From assembly GCA_965649825.1 (NCBI GenBank), contig OZ287697.1, positions 62,001-126,000 on the forward strand: a stretch of 64,000 nt of DNA. The letters are read 5' to 3'. The DNA comes from Penicillus capitatus (Eukaryota > Plantae > Chlorophyta). Of the stretch, positions 36,884 through 49,700 are shown piece after piece. Within the stretch, counting starts at the first letter, position 1, and each line of letters starts with the position of its first letter. The position numbers were made by a program, and so were the translations under genes. The notes below the pieces were generated by a model that searched no databases, was not told where the DNA came from, and saw nothing but the letters and a program-made list of their open reading frames with translations.

Positions 36884-39800
36884 ATGCTCACCGGTGCTTT
36901 GCACGTCAACCGTCCCCTGTCGAGAGTGGCAGTGCGCCGTCGTTTCTGTTCGAATCGCTTCTATGATACCTGTCGCTACTCTTTACTATCCCCTCTTTCT
37001 TGGGAGCACCACTCTCGTTCGTACTGCTGGAACGAAGAGCGAAGACAGATCTCTTGTTCCTCGGCCACGAGCGAAGAAGTGAACACGGATGACACCGTTC
37101 AGCAAGAAAAGAACAACGCCGTTCATCTCTCCCCCACTCTCCTCACGCTGCCTAAGGAAATGCAGTCAGCGATAAAGTTCCGCCCCAAAGGAAAGGAGAA
37201 ATTCACACGGCAGTTCGTGCTACTAACAAAGGATCCTGCCTTTGTCCTGCCTTCCACGGAGACGACAGCTCCGATCAGGCAGAACGTGACCCTAACGGAG
37301 GAAGAGATGATGACGATCGAAGATTTCAAACAAACAGAAATGTATCAGCGAATGTTTCGCTTTTGCCCAGATGCTCTCTGGATGTCGTATTACTGGGAAA
37401 ATGTCATTCTGCTTCCGTGCCGAGTGGCATCCGATCAGTCGTGGGAGATCGCATGGGATGTCGTACACAATCTCGTCCGTCCCGAAAGGCAAGAGCTGTA
37501 CAACGGTTTTCTTCGGATCCTGTCAGATAACCGTGAGAAGGAGGAACCGCCGAGTCCAGAGCTGATCGAAGCCATACAGAAGATCCAGTCGTTTTCGCAG
37601 GAGGCGAATTTGACGCCGGTTCCTTCAGAGGCGACGTGGGACGATGTGACAGCCTTTTTGAAAACGTGCGTCATTTCTAGTCCGAATCATTGGCCGGCGA
37701 TCTCCTTTTCTCTCCACAAGAATTTCAAAGGAACCGGGTATTTTATGTATCCTGGAGCGGCCGAAGCAGAGACGCTTCGCCGAAGCTTCGATGAACGATC
37801 GAGGATACAGCTTTCAGAAGAGACCGATACATTGTTTCCTCTCTCAGCCGATTGGCTGGTCCTCTTTATGGCCATGCAGATTTCGCTACCAGATATGGCC
37901 GAGTGGATCAATATCGTACGCCTGAAACGTGCTTTCCAGGTGATCGATGATCTTCCGACCGCATCCATTGTGCCGTACATGAGACCCTCATCAGAGAACA
38001 TGAACAAGATTGCGATGTTTGGCAAAATGATTCTTCGCATTGTCACTTTGCTGGATCAGTGGCAGACATCGAACAACTCAGTGATGAACAATAGCAAAGC
38101 CAAATCCATGGTTTCCCATGACAGCATTCGCAATGTCAGTCTGGGTGCGGCACTCGTGCAGCTGCCGAGTGTCTTTGAGGTTCTGATGCAGTGGGCAGAA
38201 GTGCGAGGGAGGAATTTGCCATCTGGATGGAACTGGGGTCCGTTGGTGTCGGCCGACAAGAAAGTGAACATCCGTGGCTGTAGGGCCGACTGGAGACGTA
38301 TGAGGATTGAGCAGACTGCTGGACAAAACTTCAAGTGTCTTGTAACCGCCAGCTACGAAACGATCGGCATGGGCGGAATCTGGAGACTCTGCGAGAGGAT
38401 CGGACTCGTTCGGCTGTGGCCAGATGGCTTCATAAAGAAGTACATCGACAACTGGAACGGCCAGCCGTTTGATCCATCAGAGGTGCAAAAATGGGAGAGA
38501 GCGCCCGTCTATCGATACAATTCCGTACGGAAGGATATCTACGACGCCTTCTGTGACGTCTTTGGCTACGAATTCCACCAGAAATACCGTTTCGATTGTG
38601 CCGTGCATCACCCCTCGATATCCAGTGTCAGCAATGCCATTTATGGATGGATGTTGATCATTGGCAGAGCGTACCTGGATCTCTTTTACCAGCAGTATGC
38701 CGAGAAAACGCGGCCGCACTTTACGCAAAGCAACATCAGCAGTCTTTTCAATGAAGTGCGGAAAGTGGAGACATGTGTGGACGTGGCCTGCAATCTCGAC
38801 CTCATAGACATAGCCAAGACCCGCATGGTGCGAATCCAGAAAGCTATAGCAGAAGACAGAGAGGACAGAGACGCATTGAAGGGTGGCCCCTTTACTCGTG
38901 GGTTTCTCTCAAACATCGTTCAGGTGTTGATCGGATGTGTGGCATGGGATGTCGGATTCGACGTCGAACGTGTGATGGAGATCATTCGACCGCACTTTGC
39001 CAGAGAGATCGATAATTCGGCAGACAAGATCGATCCCACGTACTTTGTTGTGGAACGCTACGTTCCAACGGACCTCGAGATTCAACACTTTGATAAGACG
39101 AAGGGGGCGACGTACTATCCAACGTTGATTCAGCTGAGCAGGAAAGGGAGCACGGATACGTTCTTTGGAATCTATGTGCTGACAAAGCGTCCAGTGTCAT
39201 CCTTTTCGACAACGGAGTCGACGATCGCGGTCAACGATGTGGAGATCGTGACGCGATGGCAGTTGTTCCGTTCAGGGATGAAGCTTCGCCGGTCGCAGCA
39301 GGCATTGCTGAAGGCTTTTCAGTCCGAGTGGTTTGAACCCATTCTGCCTCCAGAGACCATCACTGTTCAGAAAGCTCCACAGACGAAAAAGTATTGGTTG
39401 GCGTTTGCCAAGGACGCAATGGGCGAGTCGAGCTCTTTGGACTGGGATCTGATGCAGCATATCGTCAAGAAAACACTGCCGAAAGACATTTCACTCGTCC
39501 TGAAGCACTTATTGGGTGAAGACATCGCCGAAAAGGATGCGGAGAGAGCCGCCAAGGACGTTCTCTCGGCAGACGATTCTCTTCGTCTAACAACAGAGAA
39601 AGAGATCGAAGAGAAGGACGAGGACTTATTGAAGCAAGCGCAACATCGCCTGCTGTTTATGGCAGAGGGACGCCATGTTGTGCACATGAAAAAAGGAAAG
39701 GAGAATGTGGGCAACATCATCAACAATCATTGCCTGATGGATGTGGACGTTGCGCCAGCCGTCCGTGTTCGAGTAGCCGGGAAGTCCATCTGCTTTCAAG

Positions 39801-41059
39801 CATCCGACGCGAACTGTCTGCCGTATACAGAAGCACAGTTTCGATGTCTGACGATTGTGCCATTTCTGACCGATGTTCTGGAGAAGAGGCTGTTGGTTGA
39901 AGACTATCGTCGCATGTATGATCTGCCAGAATCCATACCGAACGAAAAATTGCTCCTCTGTCTCTCGCTCAGATCACACAGCAGTACGAAGGAGTTTGGA
40001 ATTCTGGCGATGATGGGGCATTCTGTCGCAAAGTACTTGATCACTCTGCAGATTGTGACCAACAATCAAGCACCCAGCGTGGGACAACTGTCCGTTCTGC
40101 GAACGCACCTTATGTCTGCCCGTCAGTTTATGAGCGAAAAGGACGAGCATTTTCTTCTGGGGCATATCTTTGCTCCTTACTTCCTGGCCTACAGGGACTG
40201 GTATTCACCTGCTAATCCTCCCACCGATCTACAGTCGATTCACAGAGATGATCCGGAGACGGCAGACACTGAAACGAACTCTTCTCTCGAACTGTCCCCT
40301 CCTCAGGTCGTGAAACCTGTTATGGGACGCCGCTCGTCTGGAGTGGAGCACAACGTTTCTGCAGGCGTTCCTCAGAAACAGGTCAAGGCCATCGCTATGC
40401 TCTGCTTTCTCTATGAAGGTATCGAAGCAGCCAGTGACTATCTTTACAAAACGGGTGTCATCGGGCTGGAAAAGTATCCCACTAAGAAAGAAGAGCCGCC
40501 AGAGAAGCAGCCTCAGATGAACAAGTATCTCCGGCTGTACGATACCCTGCAGTACACGTTTCAAGACATGAGCACCCTGACGTTGGCTTTCATGCATTCT
40601 TCTGCATTTCCAAAGCATGGAGACAACAACGAGATTCTGGAATTCTTGGGCGATGCTGTGCTGGATCTCTGCATGACCACATACATCTATATGAAGTACC
40701 CGGAGTTGTCTGTGGTTCCAGCCACTCGTCTGAAAATGGAACTGAACAGCAATTTTCTGTTTGGATGGCTTTCCTGTGCTCCGCCTCTGGAACTGCCAAG
40801 TCTGCTTATGCAGTCGATTCCAGGATTCCCCGAATCCCTACCCTCTCCAGAGAAGGCAAAGAACGAAGGATTTGAAGATGCGGCGGCGAAGAAAGTGGCG
40901 TCGGATCTCTTCGAGGCATTGATAGGAGCCGTCTTGGTCGATTCTGGATACTCCATCGAAACGATCAGCGAAGTGGTGCTGCGACTCATGAAAGAGCCAT
41001 TGGAGAACAAGGCCGAGTTCGGCATCTGGGATCCAGAGGCGGAGACAGAAACACCGTAG
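36884..41059 (+). CDS. Intronless 1391-aa Dicer-derived protein with four RNase III-like domains (duplicated Dicer core); only the last retains catalytic residues
   Basis: Intact signature NEILEFLGDAVL...SDLFEALIGAVLVDSG near the C-terminus. Three degenerate copies lie in register with plant DCL RNase IIIa/IIIb, and there are two platform-like segments ending in (I/L)(A/D)WD. Confidence 0.85.
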   Translation: MLTGALHVNRPLSRVAVRRRFCSNRFYDTCRYSLLSPLSWEHHSRSYCWNEERRQISCSSATSEEVNTDDTVQQEKNNAVHLSPTLLTLPKEMQSAIKFRPKGKEKFTRQFVLLTKDPAFVLPSTETTAPIRQNVTLTEEEMMTIEDFKQTEMYQRMFRFCPDALWMSYYWENVILLPCRVASDQSWEIAWDVVHNLVRPERQELYNGFLRILSDNREKEEPPSPELIEAIQKIQSFSQEANLTPVPSEATWDDVTAFLKTCVISSPNHWPAISFSLHKNFKGTGYFMYPGAAEAETLRRSFDERSRIQLSEETDTLFPLSADWLVLFMAMQISLPDMAEWINIVRLKRAFQVIDDLPTASIVPYMRPSSENMNKIAMFGKMILRIVTLLDQWQTSNNSVMNNSKAKSMVSHDSIRNVSLGAALVQLPSVFEVLMQWAEVRGRNLPSGWNWGPLVSADKKVNIRGCRADWRRMRIEQTAGQNFKCLVTASYETIGMGGIWRLCERIGLVRLWPDGFIKKYIDNWNGQPFDPSEVQKWERAPVYRYNSVRKDIYDAFCDVFGYEFHQKYRFDCAVHHPSISSVSNAIYGWMLIIGRAYLDLFYQQYAEKTRPHFTQSNISSLFNEVRKVETCVDVACNLDLIDIAKTRMVRIQKAIAEDREDRDALKGGPFTRGFLSNIVQVLIGCVAWDVGFDVERVMEIIRPHFAREIDNSADKIDPTYFVVERYVPTDLEIQHFDKTKGATYYPTLIQLSRKGSTDTFFGIYVLTKRPVSSFSTTESTIAVNDVEIVTRWQLFRSGMKLRRSQQALLKAFQSEWFEPILPPETITVQKAPQTKKYWLAFAKDAMGESSSLDWDLMQHIVKKTLPKDISLVLKHLLGEDIAEKDAERAAKDVLSADDSLRLTTEKEIEEKDEDLLKQAQHRLLFMAEGRHVVHMKKGKENVGNIINNHCLMDVDVAPAVRVRVAGKSICFQASDANCLPYTEAQFRCLTIVPFLTDVLEKRLLVEDYRRMYDLPESIPNEKLLLCLSLRSHSSTKEFGILAMMGHSVAKYLITLQIVTNNQAPSVGQLSVLRTHLMSARQFMSEKDEHFLLGHIFAPYFLAYRDWYSPANPPTDLQSIHRDDPETADTETNSSLELSPPQVVKPVMGRRSSGVEHNVSAGVPQKQVKAIAMLCFLYEGIEAASDYLYKTGVIGLEKYPTKKEEPPEKQPQMNKYLRLYDTLQYTFQDMSTLTLAFMHSSAFPKHGDNNEILEFLGDAVLDLCMTTYIYMKYPELSVVPATRLKMELNSNFLFGWLSCAPPLELPSLLMQSIPGFPESLPSPEKAKNEGFEDAAAKKVASDLFEALIGAVLVDSGYSIETISEVVLRLMKEPLENKAEFGIWDPEAETETP

Positions 41060-41208
41060 TGTAACGGAAAGCCGTTTTCTATTCTTAGCGACTGCGATCG
41101 ACGATGTTCGCCGCGAAAGCGCACGGCCAAGGAACGATCTGTCACATCATCGAGAGGATCGTAGTATCCGTCCGTCTCAATTTGCCGTCGAAGGTGACGC
41201 TGCCAGTT

Positions 41209-42810
41209 ATGACAGCAGCGCTCAGCGAAGATCGTTTTAAGTATGGAATGCCGTTGCTCTGTGCCGAATGGCCATCTCGTAAATACTTTCTCGTGGGGGG
41301 TGGCGGCGGAACGGCCTCGACAGGAATCAAAAACAGGTTCCGTCCTTCTCGTTTTCTCTCGCATCCACAGAAAAGCGTTCGACAGAGTTCTCGTCGCGAA
41401 GTTTGAAGACGGTGTCGTTTCGGATCAGTTGACAGAACTGTCCTGCGATTCCCAGACCCCAGTCAGGCAGGCAATAGGACACCTGTGAACACATCTATGT
41501 AGCAACGCCGTGTCGTTTATGCAGGAGCTGTTCGCATCCGAACGGACAGGATATCGTCATCGGACTGGCAAACGAAGGCGTCAAGCATTTGAGACTACAC
41601 ACACTTAAATCTGCTCCATCTCTTGAAGCAATACCTGGTATGTGGATGCGTTACCCCTTCTCTTGTCTGTTCATCGTAATGTGGATGCTGAAGGGAGTCC
41701 GGTGTTGGACGCTTTCGAGGGTGTCCATGAAGAGGTGGTGTGTTTGGTCTTCAGTTGTGATGGACGGTTTCTGATTGGAGGATTTTCTGGAGGATGGATT
41801 CAGATCTGGCAGTGGCCAGAAATGAACATTCACCTCAAATTCAGGCAAAACAGAATCTGATTGAGCGACCTGCTCGCCCTCTTGACTCTGGAAATGCTCT
41901 TAGAGAGGACGCCTTGTACAGTACCTTAAAAGATCTGGATGTGCGTTCGGACGATGTACCAGCTTTCGTGGCCCTAACAACATCCAAAGGCACCGCTGAA
42001 TTGTGGGACTTCAATGAAGGCACGATGCTGTACGAGTTTCCAAGACATGGTGGGCGCTTCCTTTGTTCCTTGCGATGACGAATGGCCTCGCCATTGTTCT
42101 TCTTGGACAGGATCGAAGGGCGTGAGATTTGTGCATTGCAAGTTCTTGCCCGAGACGCCTCTTCATCTGCTGTACACGACGCTCGTGACGCGACGGGGGA
42201 GTTTTCTGATCAAATGGCGCATTCTGAAGAGTGGCACTGTCAAGTTACTGAGAAAGGTTTGTGCTCTCAGTGCCTGTTCGCATCTGAGGGCCTCATCCAA
42301 GTGCAGGTAAAGGTGGGAAATGACCCACTCAGTGCCTTTGCTGTGCGTCCACGTGTCATGGTGACTGGCTCCAGCGAAGGAGACTTAACGGTAACTCGAA
42401 TCTGTCAGATACAAAGGAGAGCGTGCTGATGCTTGTCATTGACTAGATCCTCACGACAGACCGTATGCTGCCAATGCAGACAATTCAGGGTGCCCATATG
42501 GTTTTCGTCACAGCCGTTGCCTTTGCCCCCACCTCAGACAACAAAAGTAACATCTCTTCTGCCATCTCTCTCATGTACAGAGGAGTGGCGCTGCCCGTGG
42601 ACAGATCCCGCCGAGGTGTTGTCTGTTTCTGGCGATGCCAGTGCCAAAGTGACGGTCATTCAGTACAAGAGAGAATCGGGACTGTGGCTCAAGAGCATGG
42701 TGCCCTATATCATGATGAATGTGCTTCTTGTCATCTTTGCTGTCTACCTGCTCTGGATATCAGACATCTGGTTGAACACAGGCGGCGCAGACAGCTCAGC
42801 AGAGCTCTAA
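41209..42810 (+). CDS. SEC12: SEC12-like WD40 guanine nucleotide exchange factor
   Basis: KYGMPL...LVGGGGGTASTGIKN, AHMVFVTAVAF, LSVSGDASAKV, C-terminal TM anchor. Confidence 0.85.
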
Positions 42811-43744
42811 TAGATATGTTGGTGACAATGTCGAGGGAAAGGGACAGAAGGGTCGGTTCTGTACGAGTATGCATCGTTTTGTACATTGCTCGCCGTGATG
42901 GTTGAAGTGTGACAATGATCAAGGACATAAAGGGAAAAAGAGTGGATGATGTGACAGCATCTTAAAGGATATTTCTAACGAATGAATGCAAGCGCGCGCA
43001 TGAGTTTCTTGCGTTTTCGTATCCTCGCTAATGAGCATAAGAGATTCGTTCGTGATCGGTCGTATCATCGGCCAATGGGCGCTCTTAGCCGTATTCTGAC
43101 GTCGAGCGATTTTTCATTTTCGTTTCGATATCGGTTCATCTACACGACACGTGTTTTGTGTTATCGTCCGTATCACGATTTCTTTCGAGTGCATTCGACC
43201 CTTCCGCATTGTCCCGTAAGCGAAGACAGCGACGTCCGATACCGAGATCCGTCACGGAAGAGCTGAGAACACCATGCGTGTCGAAGGTGCCATCGACGTG
43301 TGCGCATCCGACACCTCACTCTTTTTTGCGACTGCCGTGACATTCCGCGCATTCTTAGGGTCGCATCGACAAAGCGTTTGAGGAAGAAGATCGATACATG
43401 CGACTTTCCGAGGGAGTGCGTACACGAACGAGAGATCAGCCAAGTCTGTCACCCAGCGGCAACGCAACACAAGCAAGAATACGCGAAGAACGCTTCAACC
43501 GTTCGGAGTTGGCTAACTAGCCAGAATATCTCCTGATCTCATTCGCGGCGAAGGAGAAGCACGACCTCTTTGTCACGTTATCAACTTAAAAAAACTGTCC
43601 TCGACATCCAAAGATTCCTCTTTCCATTTTTATGCATACCTCGGCAAAGAAAAGAAGAAGTCACGTCACAGCTTCGAACGTTGAGCTCTAAGACGGGCTC
43701 AGCTTGGAAAGAAAAGCCTGTTTGGCAACAGAGGTTTAACAGCT

Positions 43745-46700
43745 TCAAGCATCCGCATCAGAGCACACTGCAGTCTCGTGTCTTTCGGAGGTCGGTCTCA
43801 GCTTGCTAAGAAGATGCTTGATCTCGCACATGATCCAGAGCACCAGAATGCGAAACACTCCGGCATTCGCTGGATAGCCTTCATACTTTTCTGTCAATAT
43901 GTGTTTCAGGTACTCGGCGGCGAACTTGAGAATTAAGAACACAAAAACAAGAAAGGTTATGAGATTCAGCATGAGACAAGCGAGCGTGAGGAGCTCGCGA
44001 GTGTAATTCTCTGGGTAGTCTTCGTTATCGAGCATGATCGCAGCTTGCGTTGTCACCAGTGACACGAACAGAGATGCCAGTCTAACTTTATTCAGTTCTT
44101 GGAAGCGCTTTCGGTACGGCATCGCCATAATCTGCATCACAATAGCAAACGTGATGAAGTGCGCAATGCCGGTGATCGGCAACATGCTGTCAAACAAACT
44201 GGCACAGAACACAAGGAATGCAATGACGGCTTTCTCCAAAACAATAGCAATCTCCCAATATCGACAACGATTCAGTTTGTAACAACGGTAAAGGAAACCC
44301 GTCGTCTGATATACCCAACTGGGCTTGTGAGTGAGGTGTTCGACATGGGCCCTGAGAGAGATGACGAAGAAACCAAATAGACCAGTGTATACGACACACA
44401 TGAAGACGACGACGGAGAGCAGTTTTGTGTGGTCGCCTTCATGACATTTGAGGGCTGTGTCTACTGCCCAGTACTTGTGAGTCACATCGACTTCCCCGAA
44501 CGCTGCTGAATCGTGCACTTCGACGCAGAGGAAGGCGCTTAATGCCGTCTTCAGCACTGGCACCAAAGTGATGTACCAAAGGACCATCAATGACAACATG
44601 CATCTCTTTGAGAGGTAACGTGGAGGTCTGTCGCCTCCTGATGACGCCAGAAATATCGTCCAGAACACGATCCAGAAGAGATACACAGCACAAGGAGTGA
44701 TGGACGAACTGACGATGAGTGCCAATACCGTTGGTTGCAACGACAGGCCTTCTGAGCTCAAACATACAACTGAGTGTCGAATGCCTTCAGAGGCGAGGCC
44801 TGAGACAAATTCTGGAAGCAACACAGCAGTTAAGGAGACAAATTGTCAAGACCTCTTTGCCTTACCCCCTGCCTTTGCCATAAAGATCAGAGGAATTGCC
44901 CATCCAACGTCGACAGAAATTATCAGAAGGGTTACTTGGACATAGCTCAGTGTAATCTACAGAGTCAAAGATCAGGGTCTGCGGAACGAACAGATGATCT
45001 TGGACCTTGAACATTTCAACGGTTTTCCACTTATTTAGAGTTTTCTCGGACGCAGGTAGCCCGTCATCCACCTCATCCGCCGCCGCCTAAGGCATCTCCA
45101 CTTAGTGAATAGTAGACGTTGGTTACATTGTTCTCACTTCCATATCTAGGAGTGGAGAATTGATCGCTTGTTCCGATGGAGAAGGTGAGCTCCCGCTGGC
45201 AATCTGGCCAGTGTCTCGGCGAAGAGCACTAAGTGTGCCTCGGATTGTGATACCGGTAAGTCCCATAAGATAGAAGACTGACGTCAGAATGTAAGTCCAA
45301 CTGAAGAATCTCCCCAGACACAATTCGCATTTCGAAGAAAAACCTGATCCGTACCCCTGTCCACACGATCCACAAAGCGGTCCAGTATGTCCCTGTCACA
45401 CATCTCACGCATGCCTGCAGCTTAAGTACAGACTCACCTCTTTGCACTGTGCTTCATTGTACAGTGTCGGGAATGTCTTGTTGAAATCGCAGCTATCGAC
45501 ATCTTCTGTCACCGTTTTCAAAAGTTCCTTGCGACCATCGAAGTCGCACGCACTCGATGTGAGACATTTCCTCAGCTTTTTCGAACACGGCGTCGTGTGC
45601 CAGTATCCTTTTGCTGGAAGAATCACGTGCGTGGAACAATCTCCATTCTCGGGACAGGGGCGGCAGCTCTGATTGCGCTCTTCTCGCAGATTGTAGGTAT
45701 CAAAGCTGCACAGCTCACAGATGGTGCCATTTGCCGCAGCCACTTCTCCCATTTTGCACCCCCTGATGTTGACGTCTATCTCGACAGGTTCAATCGACTC
45801 CTCGCTGAAGTTGATCACGCATCTGTATTTTCCTTTCCTGCCAAATCCGACGACTCTGCTGAAGTTGCCACTGCCATTGATCAAAGGCACATAGAGAGCT
45901 CCCGGAAAGAAACCTCTATCTGCTGTCATGTAAGCTTCGACTGTTTCGCGATTTAGACCGATAGCTGGCCAGTGGCCTAAGCCATCGACGACTCTGAGTG
46001 CAAAGCTAGGAAGAGGTTCGCCACTCGGATGATCTTTAATTTCGAAGTGCCTCCTCTCACCGAACGCCGTCTCGTTGTCGCCTGAAAGGATTTGGATGGC
46101 CACATCCGTTGCATACGATCCTGCTTCTTCTCCATAGATTCCTGCGCGATTGCTGCTCCACGACCGGCAAATGTCGTTCTTCGAAGTGATGGATTTCAGC
46201 GTGCCGAGTTCCTGCCTGTCATAGAACTTCCTTTTCTCCTTCCTCGACCGAGAGGAGCAATCCAATCGAATAGCTCTAAAATGCGAGGTAAAGAGACCGC
46301 CTCCAGCACTCTTTGCTTCGTTCCTGCTGAGTTCGACGTCTGTGAGAACGGCAAAAGAGCAGTCAGCTAATGGCTGCGTGCAGTCCACGTCTCTCTCTTC
46401 GTTCACGAAATGGATCCCACCTTCAAAGCAGCACTCATGAACTCTGATGTATCCTTTGATCGCGATTACTCACCTCCTCGATGGGCAACGTTATTACGGA
46501 GCCTGCAGCCTTCCAGTTGGACTCCCACAAGGCGTTGCTTCGATGAACGAATGGACACTCCCCCGCCCTCCTTGGATGCAGAGTTTTCTTCGAAGACGCA
46601 ATCGTTGCACAGGAATGCCGAATCCTTGAGTCCGGCGAAGCCGCCCCCTTCTCCTTCTGACTGACATCGCAAGATGGTCAGATTCTGTGCCTCGATCTTT

Positions 46701-49700
46701 GCTGACGAGGAAAAGATGCCTCCACCCTTTTCAGAAGCTCTGCTGTCTTCCACAGTTGTGTCTGTCACGGTGACACTCCTGTTTCCTGTGACCATGATCG
46801 CCCCACCGTGCTGATGGGCCTCGCTTCGTCTGAAGGTTGAGTGCGTGATGTTGACTGTCGCGTCGTCCGCCAGTATGCTGCCGCCATCTGTCGCGTTGTT
46901 CCCTTCCATGTCGCACCGATCAAACGCTGCAGAGTGTTCTGAAACGTAGACAGCACCGCCAGAATCAGTGGCCCGGTTGTTTCGGAAACGGACGTTGGTA
47001 TACAGTCCATCGATTGTCGCTTTCTGATGAATGGCTCCTCCTTCTTTCGCGGAGTTTTTGCTGAAGCTGGAATTGAATATGCGAAGCGCAGTTGCCTCAT
47101 CAGCTGCGATGCCGCCACCGAATCGACCAGCAGTGTTCTTCGTGACATTCACCTCTGTAATCGTCAGCTCTGTGGCCGCCATGTATGACGTAAGGTAGAC
47201 GGCACCTCCATCTGTATCGGCTGTATTTCGGACAAGACTGCAGTTTGTGATGTTTGTAATGGAGTCCTCGAAAAAGAGGGCTCCTCCATTTGACGCCGTG
47301 CTGTTCGCCATTTTCGTGTCTCGAATCTCGACTGTACTCTTTTCAAAGTACATACACCCACCTTTCCCACTGACTCCTTCTGCAAACGAGGACGTGACGA
47401 TTGTAGCTGCTCCACGGATGCTAAACAGAGATCCTCCAGCAGTTTGCGACGTCTCTTCAGAGAAACGACACTCCTCGACTGTTATCTTTGACCCACTGGT
47501 CATCTGTACAGAACCACCACCTCTGCGTTTAGCCGAATTCTGCGTAAAGTCACATTGGAACAGGGAAGCCGTCGACTCTTGGTAGATATCCAGAGCTCCT
47601 CCTGAACCTGCTCGGTTCTTTTTAAAGGTAGAGCCAGAAATGTTCACTTGACAGATATCCATGCATTCAATGGCCCCACCAACGGCGTCGGCAGCGTTGT
47701 CGATAAACTTGGAGTCTCGGACGATCAATCTGGAGCTTAGAATGTAGAGAGCTGCGCCCGAGTTGCCTGCTTCGGAAGAACGGAATTTTGTGTCTCGAAT
47801 TGAAACGTCAGATTCGGTACTGGCCAGAAGACACCCTCCAGTGACATGCGCTTTCCCGCGTTTGAAGGATGAGTTTGATATATTGACTGTGGTCTCTAGG
47901 ACATTGACGTAGCCTCCGGATTCGGCAACTCCATCTTCAAACTGTGTACGAAGGATATCGACAGTGCCATTGATTGCGTAGATGGAGCCTCCTGTTCTCT
48001 TGACCGTATTCTCCGAGAGCTGACAGTCGATGAACACGACCGAACCGCCATATCCAGAGTACAGAGCGCCGCCATTCTCAGCAGAGTTCAGATTTAGCGA
48101 ACTATCAGAGACACGAATGCTCGAGGAGTCTCTGCCGGCAACGAAGCCTCCGACGTCTGTGCCTGTGTTGTTAAAAGCTCTACTGCGCTGGACAATGACT
48201 TCGGAATCGAAAATGGAAAGCACGCCGCCTTCCTTGTCCGCCGAGTTCGATTCGAAATGCGAATCCGTGATCCGAGAAACTGAATGGCTCTTCATAAAAA
48301 CGGCTCCTTCTTCCTGCGCCTGACATTCATGGACGCGTGCGTCTTTCAGAATGAGTCGACTTGAGTATTCCACTGCGATGCCGCCTCCTTTTGTGGCAGA
48401 TCCCGCTGAGATATTGGAAGTGGCCACTTCGACGGACGAAGTCTCGAGATAGAGGGAACCTCCGATGCCTGCACTGTCCTTCTCGAAAACGGCGTACTCC
48501 ATCGTCGCGTTTGAGTTTGCGAGGTAAAGGCTCCCTCCGTTCCCTTCGGCAGTATTCTTGACGAACGCACATCGATCAAGTTTGGCAGCGCTGCCATCCT
48601 CGAGGAAGAGAGCGCCTCCATCGTTCTCTGCAATGTTGTATCTGAACGACGTACTCGATACAGAGACATCGGATCGTGCAGCGAAGACGGCTGACCCGGA
48701 ACTCCCCTTGTTATTTCGAAAGGCCGAGTCAGCGATCACGGCAGAGGAATCGACCAGATGGATGCAGGAACTGAACGGGTCATCAACCCTGACAACGTCG
48801 ACGTCGTTGCGGACAAACGTCGAATCTACGAGAGACAGAGTGCCGCCTTCCACGCGAACAACGGTGAGCTCATTCTTGGAGACATTGAGCCGGGAGACCT
48901 CCATCCAAGATCCAGACGGAGCATAAAGAATAGAGGGGTTCTCTCTGTGAGACGCCTCTAGTCGGTTTTCGGACACCGTGCAGTTCACCAAACGGTTGTC
49001 GGATGCGAGCATCGCCCCACATCCGCTTCCAGAACAATCATTGTTTTCGATTGTGACATCGATCATTTCAACGATCGAACAGATCGGGGACCGGATTCGG
49101 AGGCCAACTGCCCCGTCCATCGCGTTTTTTCTGAAAATTACGTGGCTCATGCCAATGTTGCGACTCGATTGTTCTGGTGTGCATTCCTCGACGTCCACAA
49201 TGGCATATGCATGTGTACCCTTCTCTTCGCCAAAATAGCACCTTTCGAAAACGACGTTCGCAAAGGTCACGTTCTCGGCTCTGCAAAACAGACTTCATGT
49301 GCTGCTTCGACGGAGTGGAAGGCCCTTACTGGATGAGGAAGAGACCTTCGTTGTCTCGAGGACAGATGAACCGCACCTTTGTCTGCGAAAGCGGAAAGAC
49401 ATCGCCGGCGGCGACCGCTGACCCGTCACCGACAGCGGCGCTTAGGGTCAGTGGCCACGGGACATTGACTCGCGCCTTCGGTCGGATGATCCGCTCCGTG
49501 TCAAACAGCATAATGTCGCCATTTTGCGTGCAGTTGATGAGCAGCTGGAGGTCGTCTTGTATGGACTCAAGAGCGTCGTCGTCGAAGGACCACGTTCGCG
49601 TTTCATTCTCCAGATAGCGGTCGATTTGGCGAGCTGATAGGCGACACTCGTAACCTTGACAGCACGGTGTTGTCAGCCCAAATCGGACCAAAGTCAATGG

